Shown: piece after piece, positions 44,066 through 53,659 of the stretch
How the letters are laid out: the number at the start of each line of letters is the position of its first letter
How positions within the stretch are numbered: position 1 is the stretch's first letter
NCBI GenBank assembly: GCA_050012475.1
Contig: JBEKHC010000012.1
Span: 74 to 64,073 of the forward strand
Direction: 5' to 3'
Length of the DNA stretch: 64,000 nt
From: Candidatus Velthaea sp.
GTDB taxonomy: Bacteria > Vulcanimicrobiota > Vulcanimicrobiia > Vulcanimicrobiales > Vulcanimicrobiaceae
The notes under the pieces: model-generated
The model's input: the letters and a program-made list of their open reading frames with translations, nothing else
The model's database searches: none
What the model was told of the DNA's origin: nothing
Translations under genes and position numbers: made by a program

Positions 44066-45412
44066 ATGTCATTTCCCAAGAAAGTCACAATGCGTCACTT
44101 ATTTCTCCCGAGCGCGATAACGTTAGCTCTCGCACTGAGCGCCTGCGGCGGGTCGAACAGCGGCACCGCCCTTCCGCAACAATCGACGTTGACGACGTCG
44201 GCACAGCGGACGTTGCGCGCACCACTCGGATCGAAGAGCATTCTGCCCGAGACGAGTGCTACCACCACGCAAGCGGGACTGTGCACGAAACCGGCAGATG
44301 CAGCGCATGCCGGCTGTTTCGCGACGATCCGCACCGACTCGGTGATCAGTTCGATCTTCCCGGACTCCGTCTGGGGTTTGACTCCCAGAGATTTGAGTTC
44401 ACTCTACGCGTATCCGGCTCCGGGATGGCAAGGAACGGCAGGCGCCGGCCAGACCATCGCGGTCGTCGTTGCTGGTGACTACGAACTGGCCGAATCCGAT
44501 TTGGGCGTCTATCGCTCGCACTTCAGCCTGCCGCCCTGTACGACGGCCAACGGCTGCTTCAAGAAAGTCGGCGCCGCCGCGACCGGGCAGACCGCCCAAA
44601 CCGGCAGTTCGGCGTCGGTGTCGGCGCATCCAACGACTGCGACGGCGATCGGCTGGGCCGGCGAAACCGACACGGACACGCAAATGGTTTCGGCCGTCTG
44701 TCCGAATTGCAAAATTATCGTCGCCGAAGCGGCATCGGACAGCATGACCGACCTCGGCATGGCCGTGGAGGCCGCGATCGCCGCGAACGCTTCGATCATC
44801 AACGTGAGCTTCGGCGCCACCGAGAGCAGCAGCGACGTTGCGTGGTCTTCGCAGTACAACGGCATGAAACACGTGAAATTAGTTGCCGCCGCAGGCGACT
44901 GGGGCTACGGCGTGTACTACCCGGCGTCGGATCCCAGCGCGATTGCGGTCGGCGGCACCTCGCTCTCCGCGAGCGGCTCGACGATTTCCGAAACCGCGTG
45001 GGCCGGGACCGGCAGCGGCTGCAGCGCATACTTCAGCAACCCCGGATGGCAGCATCCGCCGTCGGTCACCGGCACCTGCACGCGGCGCAACGTCGTCGAC
45101 GTCTCGGCCGTGGCCGATCCGCTGACCGGCGTGGCCATCTACGACAGCTCGCTCTTCGGTATCGTCGGCGGCTGGTCGATCTTCGGCGGCACGAGCGTCT
45201 CGGCGCCGATCATCGCCGGGATGAATGCACTCGCGGCCAATACCGCGCGCGGCCAAGGCGCACAACTCCTGTACAGCGCTGCTTCGTCTGCCTTCCTCCC
45301 GGTGACGAGCGGTTCGAACGGAACCTGCAGCCCGCAGTATCTGTGCACGGCGCTCACGGGCTACAACGGCCCGACGGGACTCGGTATTCCTCAAGGGCTC
45401 GGCGGCTTCTAG
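44066..45412 (+). CDS. S53 (sedolisin-like) / S8 superfamily serine peptidase, lipoprotein
   Basis: The lipobox reads LALALSAC. IAVVVAGDY...DLGVYRSHFSLPPC, GWAGETDTDTQM (Glu/Asp block) and the C-terminal GGTSVSAPIIAGMNAL (catalytic Ser) are present. No long pro-domain is seen. Confidence 0.6.
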   Translation: MSFPKKVTMRHLFLPSAITLALALSACGGSNSGTALPQQSTLTTSAQRTLRAPLGSKSILPETSATTTQAGLCTKPADAAHAGCFATIRTDSVISSIFPDSVWGLTPRDLSSLYAYPAPGWQGTAGAGQTIAVVVAGDYELAESDLGVYRSHFSLPPCTTANGCFKKVGAAATGQTAQTGSSASVSAHPTTATAIGWAGETDTDTQMVSAVCPNCKIIVAEAASDSMTDLGMAVEAAIAANASIINVSFGATESSSDVAWSSQYNGMKHVKLVAAAGDWGYGVYYPASDPSAIAVGGTSLSASGSTISETAWAGTGSGCSAYFSNPGWQHPPSVTGTCTRRNVVDVSAVADPLTGVAIYDSSLFGIVGGWSIFGGTSVSAPIIAGMNALAANTARGQGAQLLYSAASSAFLPVTSGSNGTCSPQYLCTALTGYNGPTGLGIPQGLGGF

Positions 45413-45418
45413 GCCGCC

Positions 45419-48013
45419 GTGGTCCCGCATATGGATAGCCGACGAGCGAGGATTCAAGCGGCAATCGGCCGCGCCTCACACCTGCCGGTGACACTTCTGG
45501 TGGCGCCGGCAGGAACGGGAAAGAGCACAGCACTCGGACATTTCCTCGAATCGATCGATGAATCGGTTGACGGCGCGGCGCTGCGATTCGACGTGCGGGC
45601 CGCGCACACGACCCTGACCCGATTCGTTCGCGGGGTCGCCGCGACGCTCCAGCCCAAACTTCCCAAAGTCTCCCAGTCGCTGTCGATCGCTCATGAGCGC
45701 GCGACACAATCGGCGCGACCCGCCGACGTTCTGGCAATCTGGCTCGCCGAGCACCTTCGCGACACCCGGCGGACCATCGTCATCGACAACTACCATCATT
45801 GCGAGAACGATCCCACGATCGCCGCGTTCGTCGCGGGCGTCGTGGAACGGACCCGGCCCACGACCCGCTGGATCATCGCAACCCGCTCGGCCGCCCAGCT
45901 CCCGTTCGCGACCTGGCTCGCGCGCGGCGACACGACGATGCCGATCGGCGAGGCCCAGTTACGACTCACGGCTGCGGAAGCGGCATTCTATACCGAACGA
46001 ATCGCACCACGGCTCGACGCTCACGCCGCACGACAACTGCTTGAAGCGACGAGCGCTTCGATCGGCCAGATGCTCTTCGCGCTTCAGACTACCGCGGCGG
46101 ACGCCGCGATCGCCAAACGCGTGCTCGACGCAGGCGGGAACGCGTTCGAACGCTGTGTCGACGAGACGCTCGCGCTGCTCACACCCGTCGAACGACGGCT
46201 CGTCATCGAGAGCAGCCGGTTCCCCGATCTCGACGAAACGCTGCTGTCAGCTGCCGGACACCTCGACGCGCATCGCCAAATCGCTTCATTGCAAGCTCTT
46301 ATCCCGCAAGCATTCGAGGGCCATGGGCCGCAGCTTCGCTACAAGACGCTCTTCGCCGACGTGCTGTGGGACCGCCTCGTGGCGCAAGGTGTCGACGCGG
46401 TCCACGACGCGCACGCCCGAACCGGACACGCGCTCGCGACCTGCGACCGCATCGTCGAAGCGCTTGCGTACTACATTCACGGACGTCAATTCAGCGCAAT
46501 TGCGCAACTCATCGAATCACGCGGCCTGGCCTTCGTCGAAGCGGGCTGCGGGGACACGATCCAAGAAGCGATCGAAACGCTCGATCCCATCGCGCGCACC
46601 TCGAGTCCGGTCATTCTCGCGATTCGAGCGACGTTCGAGTCGCGGCTGGGCCGGTTCGATACCGCGGAGTCGTTGTTTCAACTAGCGCTCGACCGTGCCA
46701 CCGACGCCGGCGTCCGCAATCACATCGCTTACCAATACGGAACGCACTTGCTGCGGTTTCAGCGCCCCGAAGCGATCGAATTGCTCGAAACACTCGCCGA
46801 AGACGGCCGGGCATCAGGCGATCTGCGCTGCTACGCGCGCTCGGCGCTCGGACCCGCCTACGTCTTCGCGCGTCGGTATGACGAAGCGTTAGCCAGCATC
46901 GATGCTGCGCTAGAGCTCGCCCAGACATCGTTCAGCACACACCTGCGGGCGAGAGCCTTCCATCAAGCCGCCTACGTCGCACTGTTTCGGGGCGACGGCG
47001 CACGGGCGAAAACGTTGGCAACGCTCTCACTGGAACTGGCGGAACGGGACGGCTTCTTCGACATCTCCGCCGGTGCGTTGACCGTGCTCTATAACGTGGC
47101 CTCAGACCTCGAGGACGATCCGCTCGAAAGCCTGCGTCTGCTCGATGCGGTCGCGGAATGTGCCGCCAAGTCGGGCAGTCTCACCAACCATCTCTTGGCG
47201 CTGGTCGCCAAACTCGAGATCGAAGTCGAACGCGGCGACGAAGACGCGATCGGCGAACTCGACGAGAAACTCCGCACGATCGACGTGCAAAGCTGCGGGC
47301 GCGCGATGTATGAGGCGCTCGTCGCTTCGCAGGCCTTGCGCGCCGGCTGGGACGGCGATTTCGCGGGCGCGTATCATTTGCTGTTGTCGAGCGCCGAATT
47401 GCAGTGGAGCGCCGACCGGAAAGCGCTGCGCTGGGCCGAGATTTCCGTCTATGCGGCCGCTGCCGGGTTGGCCGTCGAAGCGACGATGGCCGTGCGCTCG
47501 TCGGTCGAGTTGCTCGACTCGCTCGCGGGCGGACATCGGATCGCGCGCGCTCGCCTCTTTCTCGCACTGACGATGATCCTCTTAGGGCGGATCGAATCGG
47601 CTGCTGAACTCTTCGAACTCATCGATGCCGATCCGCATGCTTCGTCACCGCGGCTGCAGGCGCTGCGCCGAGCGCTGCAGGCGCTCTCCGAGCGGTATCG
47701 CGGAATTCGAAACCAAGGCGCCTTGATCGGCCTGTTTCAAACGCTCGCCGAGCAGCAGTTCGGCGGCGTGGCGCGCATGATCATGACTTTCCCGCTGGCC
47801 GACAATGCCACGCTGCGCCTGGGCAGCCTCAATTGGGGCGAACGCTCGATCCTGGCCAAGCTGACGCGGGGCGACCTGCTCGTCAGCGCGCGCCAAGTCG
47901 AAACGATCGTCGCGAAACTCGGTTGCCACGACATCGCGACGGCCATGCGGGCCGTCACGCGCAACGCTCACTCGCCCGAACTGGGCGCCCACGTCATCCT
48001 CCAGGAGGCCTGA
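45419..48013 (+). CDS. MalT/LuxR-like STAND ATPase regulator
   Basis: Walker A reads LLVAPAGTGKST and Walker B reads TIVIDNYHH. A long helical repeat region follows. The short, degenerate C-terminal LuxR-type HTH reads ERSILAKLTRGDLLVSARQVETIVAKLG. GTG 45419 or ATG 45431 lies 7-19 nt after the peptidase stop. Confidence 0.7.
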   Translation: MVPHMDSRRARIQAAIGRASHLPVTLLVAPAGTGKSTALGHFLESIDESVDGAALRFDVRAAHTTLTRFVRGVAATLQPKLPKVSQSLSIAHERATQSARPADVLAIWLAEHLRDTRRTIVIDNYHHCENDPTIAAFVAGVVERTRPTTRWIIATRSAAQLPFATWLARGDTTMPIGEAQLRLTAAEAAFYTERIAPRLDAHAARQLLEATSASIGQMLFALQTTAADAAIAKRVLDAGGNAFERCVDETLALLTPVERRLVIESSRFPDLDETLLSAAGHLDAHRQIASLQALIPQAFEGHGPQLRYKTLFADVLWDRLVAQGVDAVHDAHARTGHALATCDRIVEALAYYIHGRQFSAIAQLIESRGLAFVEAGCGDTIQEAIETLDPIARTSSPVILAIRATFESRLGRFDTAESLFQLALDRATDAGVRNHIAYQYGTHLLRFQRPEAIELLETLAEDGRASGDLRCYARSALGPAYVFARRYDEALASIDAALELAQTSFSTHLRARAFHQAAYVALFRGDGARAKTLATLSLELAERDGFFDISAGALTVLYNVASDLEDDPLESLRLLDAVAECAAKSGSLTNHLLALVAKLEIEVERGDEDAIGELDEKLRTIDVQSCGRAMYEALVASQALRAGWDGDFAGAYHLLLSSAELQWSADRKALRWAEISVYAAAAGLAVEATMAVRSSVELLDSLAGGHRIARARLFLALTMILLGRIESAAELFELIDADPHASSPRLQALRRALQALSERYRGIRNQGALIGLFQTLAEQQFGGVARMIMTFPLADNATLRLGSLNWGERSILAKLTRGDLLVSARQVETIVAKLGCHDIATAMRAVTRNAHSPELGAHVILQEA

Positions 48014-48021
48014 GTCGTTCG

Positions 48022-48969
48022 ATGCTTACCCTCAACGATCCGCAAAAATATCTCGATCGCTGCCGTGACGAAATCGTTTGGCGCATCATCAGCGACGGGG
48101 TTCTCGAAGGGCAGCGGACGCTCGCGGTCGGTGTCGTCGCCGAAGAATTCTTCGATCGTTTGATGATCGCGCTCGAGCGCAGCTCGTATCTCGACATCGT
48201 CACCTGGGTGGACCGGATTTGTGAATCGTATCGCGGCTTTCCCCAAATTGGTTCGATGCTCGCCAGCGCGTGCCGGTCGGTCATCGCGCAACTGGGCGAC
48301 GCGGAAGTGGGGGCTGACGAACTCGTGCGCGGCCTCGGCGCACTCGAACACTCGATCTGCGCGGTCGCCTTCAAGCCGCGTCCGCTGCGCGTCAAGTCGG
48401 AGGCTCCGCTGGATGAAGTCGACGTCCTGATCCGGGGACTGATCGATCGCCTCGAGGCAGCCGATCCGCTGTCCGCCGAACATTCGCTCGCGGTGTCCGC
48501 TTGGTGCCGGCGCATCGGGCGGCGGCTCTCGCTTTCGGAGACCGAAGTCACCTACATCGCACGCTGCGGCCTCATGCACGACGTCGGCAAAGTCAAAGTC
48601 GCCGGTGAGATTCTCACGGCGCCGCGCGCCTTGACCGACAGCGAATGGGTGGTGATGCGCTCGCATTCGCTCGCCAGCGAAGAGATCGTGGGCGCGCACA
48701 AAGCGTTGCGGAGCTTCGCGCCCGCCGTGCGGTCGCATCACGAGCGCCTCGATGGCCGGGGATATCCCGACGGCCTCGTCGGTTCACAAATTACGCTCGC
48801 GACGCGAATCGTCACGGTCGCCGACGCCTTCAACGCGATGATCGGACGCCGCGCCTATCGGCTGCCGATCTCGCCCGAAAACGCGCTGGACCGTTTGCAC
48901 GAAAACCGCGGCGGTCAATTCGATCCGATCGTCGTCGAAGCGATGGCCAGCGTCGTCGGACACAATTGA
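48022..48969 (+). CDS. HD-GYP domain protein (c-di-GMP phosphodiesterase class)
   Basis: GLMHDVGKVKV and HHERLDGRGYPDGL are present. ATG 48022 has AGGAGG inside the last codons of the upstream gene. The ORF-track start at 47833 is overlap junk. Confidence 0.8.
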   Translation: MLTLNDPQKYLDRCRDEIVWRIISDGVLEGQRTLAVGVVAEEFFDRLMIALERSSYLDIVTWVDRICESYRGFPQIGSMLASACRSVIAQLGDAEVGADELVRGLGALEHSICAVAFKPRPLRVKSEAPLDEVDVLIRGLIDRLEAADPLSAEHSLAVSAWCRRIGRRLSLSETEVTYIARCGLMHDVGKVKVAGEILTAPRALTDSEWVVMRSHSLASEEIVGAHKALRSFAPAVRSHHERLDGRGYPDGLVGSQITLATRIVTVADAFNAMIGRRAYRLPISPENALDRLHENRGGQFDPIVVEAMASVVGHN

Positions 48970-48979
48970 CAGCAGCGTG

Positions 48980-48996
48980 GTTCAGCTGCGCTGAAC
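48980..48996. terminator. 7-bp perfect hairpin between convergent genes
   Basis: GTTCAGC-TGC-GCTGAAC. No flanking U/A tract, so termination function is unproven. Confidence 0.25.
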
Positions 48997-49000
48997 GCGC

Positions 49001-49088
49001 GGCGTTCGGCGCTTCGGGCCAAGCCGCGGCGGCGTTTGGCGCTTCGGGCTATGGTGCGTCGCGTTTCGGCTGCGCCGGAAAGTTCGGT
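49001..49088. repeat. about 30-bp periodic degenerate direct repeat (3 units)
   Basis: GGCGTTCGGCGCTTCGGGC (49001) and GGCGTTTGGCGCTTCGGGC (49031) differ at 1 nt. A weaker third copy, GCGTTTCGGCTGCGCC, starts at 49061. Confidence 0.6.
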
Positions 49089-50662
49089 TAGACCTCTTGC
49101 GCGTGGGAGAAGATCGCGGTGAGTTCGGCCGGGTCCGTGTACACGCCGCCCAGCGCCGCCAGCCGATCCATCACCGTCGTCATGCCGAGCCGGACGATCC
49201 ATTCGGCAGCGGCCTCGATGCTTGCCGGATTGCCGCCCAGATGACGGATCAGCGCGCGGCCCGCAGCGGCATCGCCGCCGCCGTGAAAGGCCAGTAAGGC
49301 TAACGCCGCTTCGTCGTCGAGCGGAGGAACGACGATCGTTCGTTCAGCAGCGATGCGCAGCGGCGCATCCGCGGCTGCGACGATCGAAACACTCGACGTC
49401 CGCTCGCAAAGGTGGCTGCACAGAGCGCGGATCTCGGTTCGCGCGTGCTGCACATCGTCGAGAATGACGATCGCTTGGCGATCCGCAAGAAAATCCGTCA
49501 CCGCGTCGAGCGCGCCTCCCGGGTCGATCGAGAGGTCGCACGCGGACGCTAAGGCGATCGCGGGGTCGATATCGGCGCGCAGCAGTTCGGATTCGACAAA
49601 CACAACGGGGCGGTGAAGCCGGTTTGCAGCTTGTTCGGCGACCAGCATGAGCAGCCGGCTCTTGCCGACTCCCGGCGCGCCTACGATCGTCAGCATGCGC
49701 GTGTGGTGCAGGGCCGACATGATCCGCGCAAGATCGTCGTCTCGGCCGAAGCTGGGAGCGTCAGCCGACGCGAAGGTGTTGCCCCGTCCGGTCAGCTTGG
49801 CGACGACCGGGGCCTTTGAGACAAAGGTTCCCGCGCAGATGCGATTTCGCCCGAAGCGCTTTGCTTGGTACAGCGCACGATCGGCCTCTTCCACGAGTTC
49901 GGTCATCGTGCGTTGACCGGTTGGATTCGCTGATGCGAGTCCCGCACTGAGCGAAACACGCCCGAGCGTCGTGCCGGCATGTTCGATATGCAGCGTCGCG
50001 AGCCGATCGAAGACATGCTGCACTTCCTCGACGGCGAGCTCCAGCGACGTTTCTGCAAAAACGAGCGCGAACTCTTCGCCGCCGTAGCGAGCCGCAAAGC
50101 CGTCGTCTCCGTCGCGCCGCTTGACCAGCAGCGAGGCAACCTGCTGGAGACAACCGTCACCGGCGATATGTCCGTATCGATCGTTGTACGGTTTGAAATA
50201 GTCGACGTCGACGAGCGCCATGACGAGCGAACTCCCGCGCGTTGAAGCGCGATCCCACGCTTCGGGCAGATGTTCGTCGAAAGCCCGCCGGTTCGGGATG
50301 CGGCAAAGCGAGTCGACGTTCGCCGTTTCCCCGTCGCGCCCGCGCCGCTCCGGGCGCTGACGGTAACCGATCGCCGCCGCAAGCGGCGCTGCTAGGAGTT
50401 GCAGGCTTTCTTCGGTCTCCCTTGCAAGCGCTGCTGTACCCGCATGCACCCGCATTATGCCGATAACCTTGCCGTCCAGGCGAAGCGGAAACTCGGTGCC
50501 CGGCTTGCTGCTTGCGCCGGCGCAGGCTAACAGAATCTCGATTCGGGCCGGGTAAACGGCGGCGCTGAGCGCCGCTTCGACGTTTGCGATCAGCGACGGA
50601 AGCGAACTCGGCGTTTCCACAGCAGCGGCGATCGCTCGCAGCGCCGTTGGCAATAGCAGCAT
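49088..50662 (-). CDS. GAF-like - GGDEF (GGEEF) - C-terminal STAND-type P-loop NTPase fusion
   Basis: ATG 50662 (MLLLPTALRA). The GGDEF domain reads NRRAFDEHL..ALVDVDYFKPYNDRYGHIAGD...ARYGGEEFALVF...ALYQAKRFGRN. It is followed by FGRDDDLARI, Walker A LTIVGAPGVGKSRL, Walker B AIVILDDVQH and the GLPL-like motif LGGNPASIEAAAEW. No repeat sensor domain follows. Confidence 0.75.
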   Translation of the reverse strand: MLLLPTALRAIAAAVETPSSLPSLIANVEAALSAAVYPARIEILLACAGASSKPGTEFPLRLDGKVIGIMRVHAGTAALARETEESLQLLAAPLAAAIGYRQRPERRGRDGETANVDSLCRIPNRRAFDEHLPEAWDRASTRGSSLVMALVDVDYFKPYNDRYGHIAGDGCLQQVASLLVKRRDGDDGFAARYGGEEFALVFAETSLELAVEEVQHVFDRLATLHIEHAGTTLGRVSLSAGLASANPTGQRTMTELVEEADRALYQAKRFGRNRICAGTFVSKAPVVAKLTGRGNTFASADAPSFGRDDDLARIMSALHHTRMLTIVGAPGVGKSRLLMLVAEQAANRLHRPVVFVESELLRADIDPAIALASACDLSIDPGGALDAVTDFLADRQAIVILDDVQHARTEIRALCSHLCERTSSVSIVAAADAPLRIAAERTIVVPPLDDEAALALLAFHGGGDAAAGRALIRHLGGNPASIEAAAEWIVRLGMTTVMDRLAALGGVYTDPAELTAIFSHAQEV

Positions 50663-50783
50663 CCGTTCGTAATTTCGGCAATTCTGCACGGAAAACGATG
50701 CTGCTGCCCGGCGCGAGCGTTTTTCGCAGCCCAATTGGGTCGCGCGCAGGCGCGCGCGAGGCCATCTTTACCGAGAAAAAATG

Positions 50784-51110
50784 CTACCCGGCGGTCTTAC
50801 GCGGATGTTTGCGCGGACGGCGCACGGGCGTGGCCGACGGGCCCGTCGCGCCGGAACCGTTAGCCGATTCCCGCGCCGGTGCCGGCACCTGCGCTTGATG
50901 CGTTATCGTCCCGATCTGCGAGCCCAGGACGTGCCGTACCGTCACGTCGTGAATCGAAGCGAGGAAATCGTCGTCAACGAGAAACACGTCGAAAATTCCC
51001 GGCACGCGTTCCTTGAGTTTCACGATTTCCGCCGGCGGTTGAGGTTCGAGTTCCGGTGCGATGACTTCGATCGCCCGATAGAGGCGGTTCGCGGCATCCT
51101 GGAGGTTCAT
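50784..51110 (-). CDS. hypothetical small protein upstream of the GGDEF-NTPase gene
   Basis: ATG 51110 with AAGGAG upstream. The product begins MNLQDAANRLYRAIEVIAPELEPQPPAEIVKLKERVPGIFDVFLVDDDFLASIHDV... and has a basic, disordered tail. Confidence 0.45.
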   Translation of the reverse strand: MNLQDAANRLYRAIEVIAPELEPQPPAEIVKLKERVPGIFDVFLVDDDFLASIHDVTVRHVLGSQIGTITHQAQVPAPARESANGSGATGPSATPVRRPRKHPRKTAG

Positions 51111-51362
51111 GAGCCACTCCTTTCCTCGGCGGCCAGACGCCCCGGTTGGGTCGACGCCGCAGTCGCGCGCGGAAGTTCACGATAATCCGCGGTGCTCGCT
51201 CGGACGGCGAGCCGCAAGCTTGGGGACATCGATCATATCATGCCGGTCGTTATCCCGAAACGGACGAGCAGCACTATTCTTTCGAGCGGTCTCGCTCCAT
51301 TTGGAGCGCCGCCCAAAGAACACGGCGGGTGACGGTATCTTCGCTGAAAAACGGAAGCGAAC

Positions 51363-53549
51363 TTGATGCGGAAACGACCTGACATTCTGCCGCCGGGGGC
51401 GCAACCGTTTTCGGAACGTGACGGTGCAAAGATCGAAGCAGCCCTGCGCGCCCGGGCGAGCGGCGATCTTCCCCGAACGCGGCATCGTGACGGCACCGTC
51501 CCACGTTTTGTCAATCGGCTCATCCTCGAGACCAGCCCGTACTTGCTCCAGCACGCGCACAATCCCGTGAACTGGTATCCGTGGGGCGATGACGCGTTTG
51601 CGGAGGCACAGCGCGGCGGGAGGCCCGTCTTTCTCTCGATCGGCTACTCGACGTGCCACTGGTGTCACGTGATGGAAGAGGAATCATTCGAGGATCTCGA
51701 GATCGCACGCTTTCTAAACGAACGGTACGTCGCAATCAAAGTCGATCGCGAAGAACGCCCCGACGTCGACGCCGTCTACATGACCGCCGTTCAGACGCTG
51801 GGTCGCGGCGGCGGTTGGCCGATGAGCGTGTGGCTGGACGCCGATCGGCGCCCGTTTTACGCCGGCACCTATTTTCCGGCGCGCGACGGCGACCGCGGCG
51901 GAACGAGCGGGTTCCTCTCGCTTCTGCGCGGGTTGGCTGACGTCTACCGCGCCGAGCCGCACCGGGTCGCCGAAGCGGCGCAATCGATCACCGCCGCGAT
52001 CCAAGCGGCGATGGCCGGCAGCTCAACCGGCGGGACCGTTCCGGGAGTCGGCATCCTCGCGGCCGCGATGGACTTCTGCCGCCAGGTGTACGATCCGGAA
52101 TACGGCGGCATGCGCCGAGCACCGAAGTTTCCAGCGAGTTTTCCGGTGCGTCTGCTGTTGCGGCAGTATCGGCGAACCGGCGACGCCGCATTGCTCGCGA
52201 TGGCGGAGCATACGCTGGAAATGATCGCTGCGGGGGGCATGCACGATCAGCTCGCGGGCGGTTTTCATCGGTATTCGACCGATGAGCGATGGCTGGTTCC
52301 CCACTTCGAGAAGATGTTGTATGACAATGCGTTGCTCGCGCTCGCGTACGCGGAGGCGTGGCAGGTGACCAAGCGCCGCGACTTCGCGCGTATACTCCGG
52401 ACGACGCTCGACTACGTGCTGCGCGAGATGAGCTCGCCGGACGGCGCATTTTTTTCGGCGACCGACGCGGATTCCGAGGGCGAGGAAGGGACATTTTTCG
52501 TTTGGCCCGAGGACGAGATTCGGACGTTGCTCGGTGCGGCCGCGGAACGTTTCATCCGCTTCTACGGGGTGACGCCGCGGGGCAATTTTGAAGGCCGGAA
52601 CGTGCTCTTCGTCCCGCACCGCGACGAAAACGAGTGGGAGGCGCTCGGCGAGGCGCGCGAGATTCTCCGGGCAGCGCGCGAGGCGCGCCCGCATCCGCTG
52701 CGTGACGAGAAGATTCTTGCGTCGTGGAACGGGCTGATGATCTCAGCGCTTGCCGTCGGCGGGCGAATCGCGGCGAATCCACGTTACGTCACCGCCGCGG
52801 CGCGGGCCGCGACGTTCGTTCTCGACAACCTGTGCCGGGACGGCCGCTTGCAGCGCAGTTGGCGGGACGGCCGGACCTCCGGGCTCGGCTTCCTCGAAGA
52901 CGATGCGTTCTTCACCGCCGGGCTGCTCGATTTGTACGAGGCGACGTTCGATCAACGCTGGCTCGCCCAAGCGTTGACGCTGGCCGAAAGCACGCAACGT
53001 CACTTTGCCGATGACGACGACGGCGGCTGGTTCCGTACCGCCCGCGATCACGAAAAGCTCGTCGCGCGCGAGAAACCCAAAAATGACGGTGCCGAGCCCA
53101 GCGGGGCGTCCGTGGCGCTGCTCAATGTCCTGCGGCTGCATGCGTTCACCGGCCAAGACCGTTGGCGGCAAATCGCGCAACACGCGCTGCGCGCGTACGC
53201 ACCGGCGCTCAACGAGCAGCCCGCGGCATTGCACGAGATGTTGCTCGCGCTCGATTTCTTCACCGACGAACCACTCGAAGTCGTTCTCGTCTGGCCGTCC
53301 GCGCAGCATGGTCCGGCCGCCTTCACCGATGCGCTGCGACAGATATTCCTGCCCAATTGCGCGCTGCTCGGTGCCCGCGAAGGCGAGCAGCTTCACGCTT
53401 TGGCGCGCCTCGCCCCGATCGTCGCCGGCAAAGCCGCGGTCGCGCAATGTCCCACCGCTTTCGTGTGCACGCTGGGAACCTGCTTTCTTCCGACGACGGA
53501 ACCGGCTGTCATGGAAGACCAGCTGATGCGACTTCGAGCACCACGCTAA
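51363..53549 (+). CDS. thioredoxin-domain (DUF255) / six-hairpin glycosidase-like protein, YyaL family
   Basis: [25 protein letters not shown]...[21 protein letters not shown]. The protein has the long (alpha/alpha)6 body typical of the family. Confidence 0.85.
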   Translation: MMRKRPDILPPGAQPFSERDGAKIEAALRARASGDLPRTRHRDGTVPRFVNRLILETSPYLLQHAHNPVNWYPWGDDAFAEAQRGGRPVFLSIGYSTCHWCHVMEEESFEDLEIARFLNERYVAIKVDREERPDVDAVYMTAVQTLGRGGGWPMSVWLDADRRPFYAGTYFPARDGDRGGTSGFLSLLRGLADVYRAEPHRVAEAAQSITAAIQAAMAGSSTGGTVPGVGILAAAMDFCRQVYDPEYGGMRRAPKFPASFPVRLLLRQYRRTGDAALLAMAEHTLEMIAAGGMHDQLAGGFHRYSTDERWLVPHFEKMLYDNALLALAYAEAWQVTKRRDFARILRTTLDYVLREMSSPDGAFFSATDADSEGEEGTFFVWPEDEIRTLLGAAAERFIRFYGVTPRGNFEGRNVLFVPHRDENEWEALGEAREILRAAREARPHPLRDEKILASWNGLMISALAVGGRIAANPRYVTAAARAATFVLDNLCRDGRLQRSWRDGRTSGLGFLEDDAFFTAGLLDLYEATFDQRWLAQALTLAESTQRHFADDDDGGWFRTARDHEKLVAREKPKNDGAEPSGASVALLNVLRLHAFTGQDRWRQIAQHALRAYAPALNEQPAALHEMLLALDFFTDEPLEVVLVWPSAQHGPAAFTDALRQIFLPNCALLGAREGEQLHALARLAPIVAGKAAVAQCPTAFVCTLGTCFLPTTEPAVMEDQLMRLRAPR

Positions 53550-53659
53550 AGGCGGTGCCGAGCAGCTTCGAAATGATTGGATTGCTCGGTCAGCGGGAAC
53601 GAACTCCGCTCCGGGTGGCTTTCTCACCCGGATTCCGTGTGAGAAATCGAGACTGACCC

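Noticed and set aside
49001-49088. Whether the 30-bp periodic repeats are a mini CRISPR array.
   Set aside because: There are only 2 good units plus 1 weak one. The sequence between the cores is itself part of the repeat period, there is no palindromic repeat structure, and there are no cas genes in the window.
49750-49900. A possible RxxD inhibitory site (RDGD) upstream of GGEEF in the GGDEF-NTPase protein.
   Set aside because: The spacing to GGEEF is 7 residues rather than the canonical 5, so I cannot claim an I-site without an alignment.
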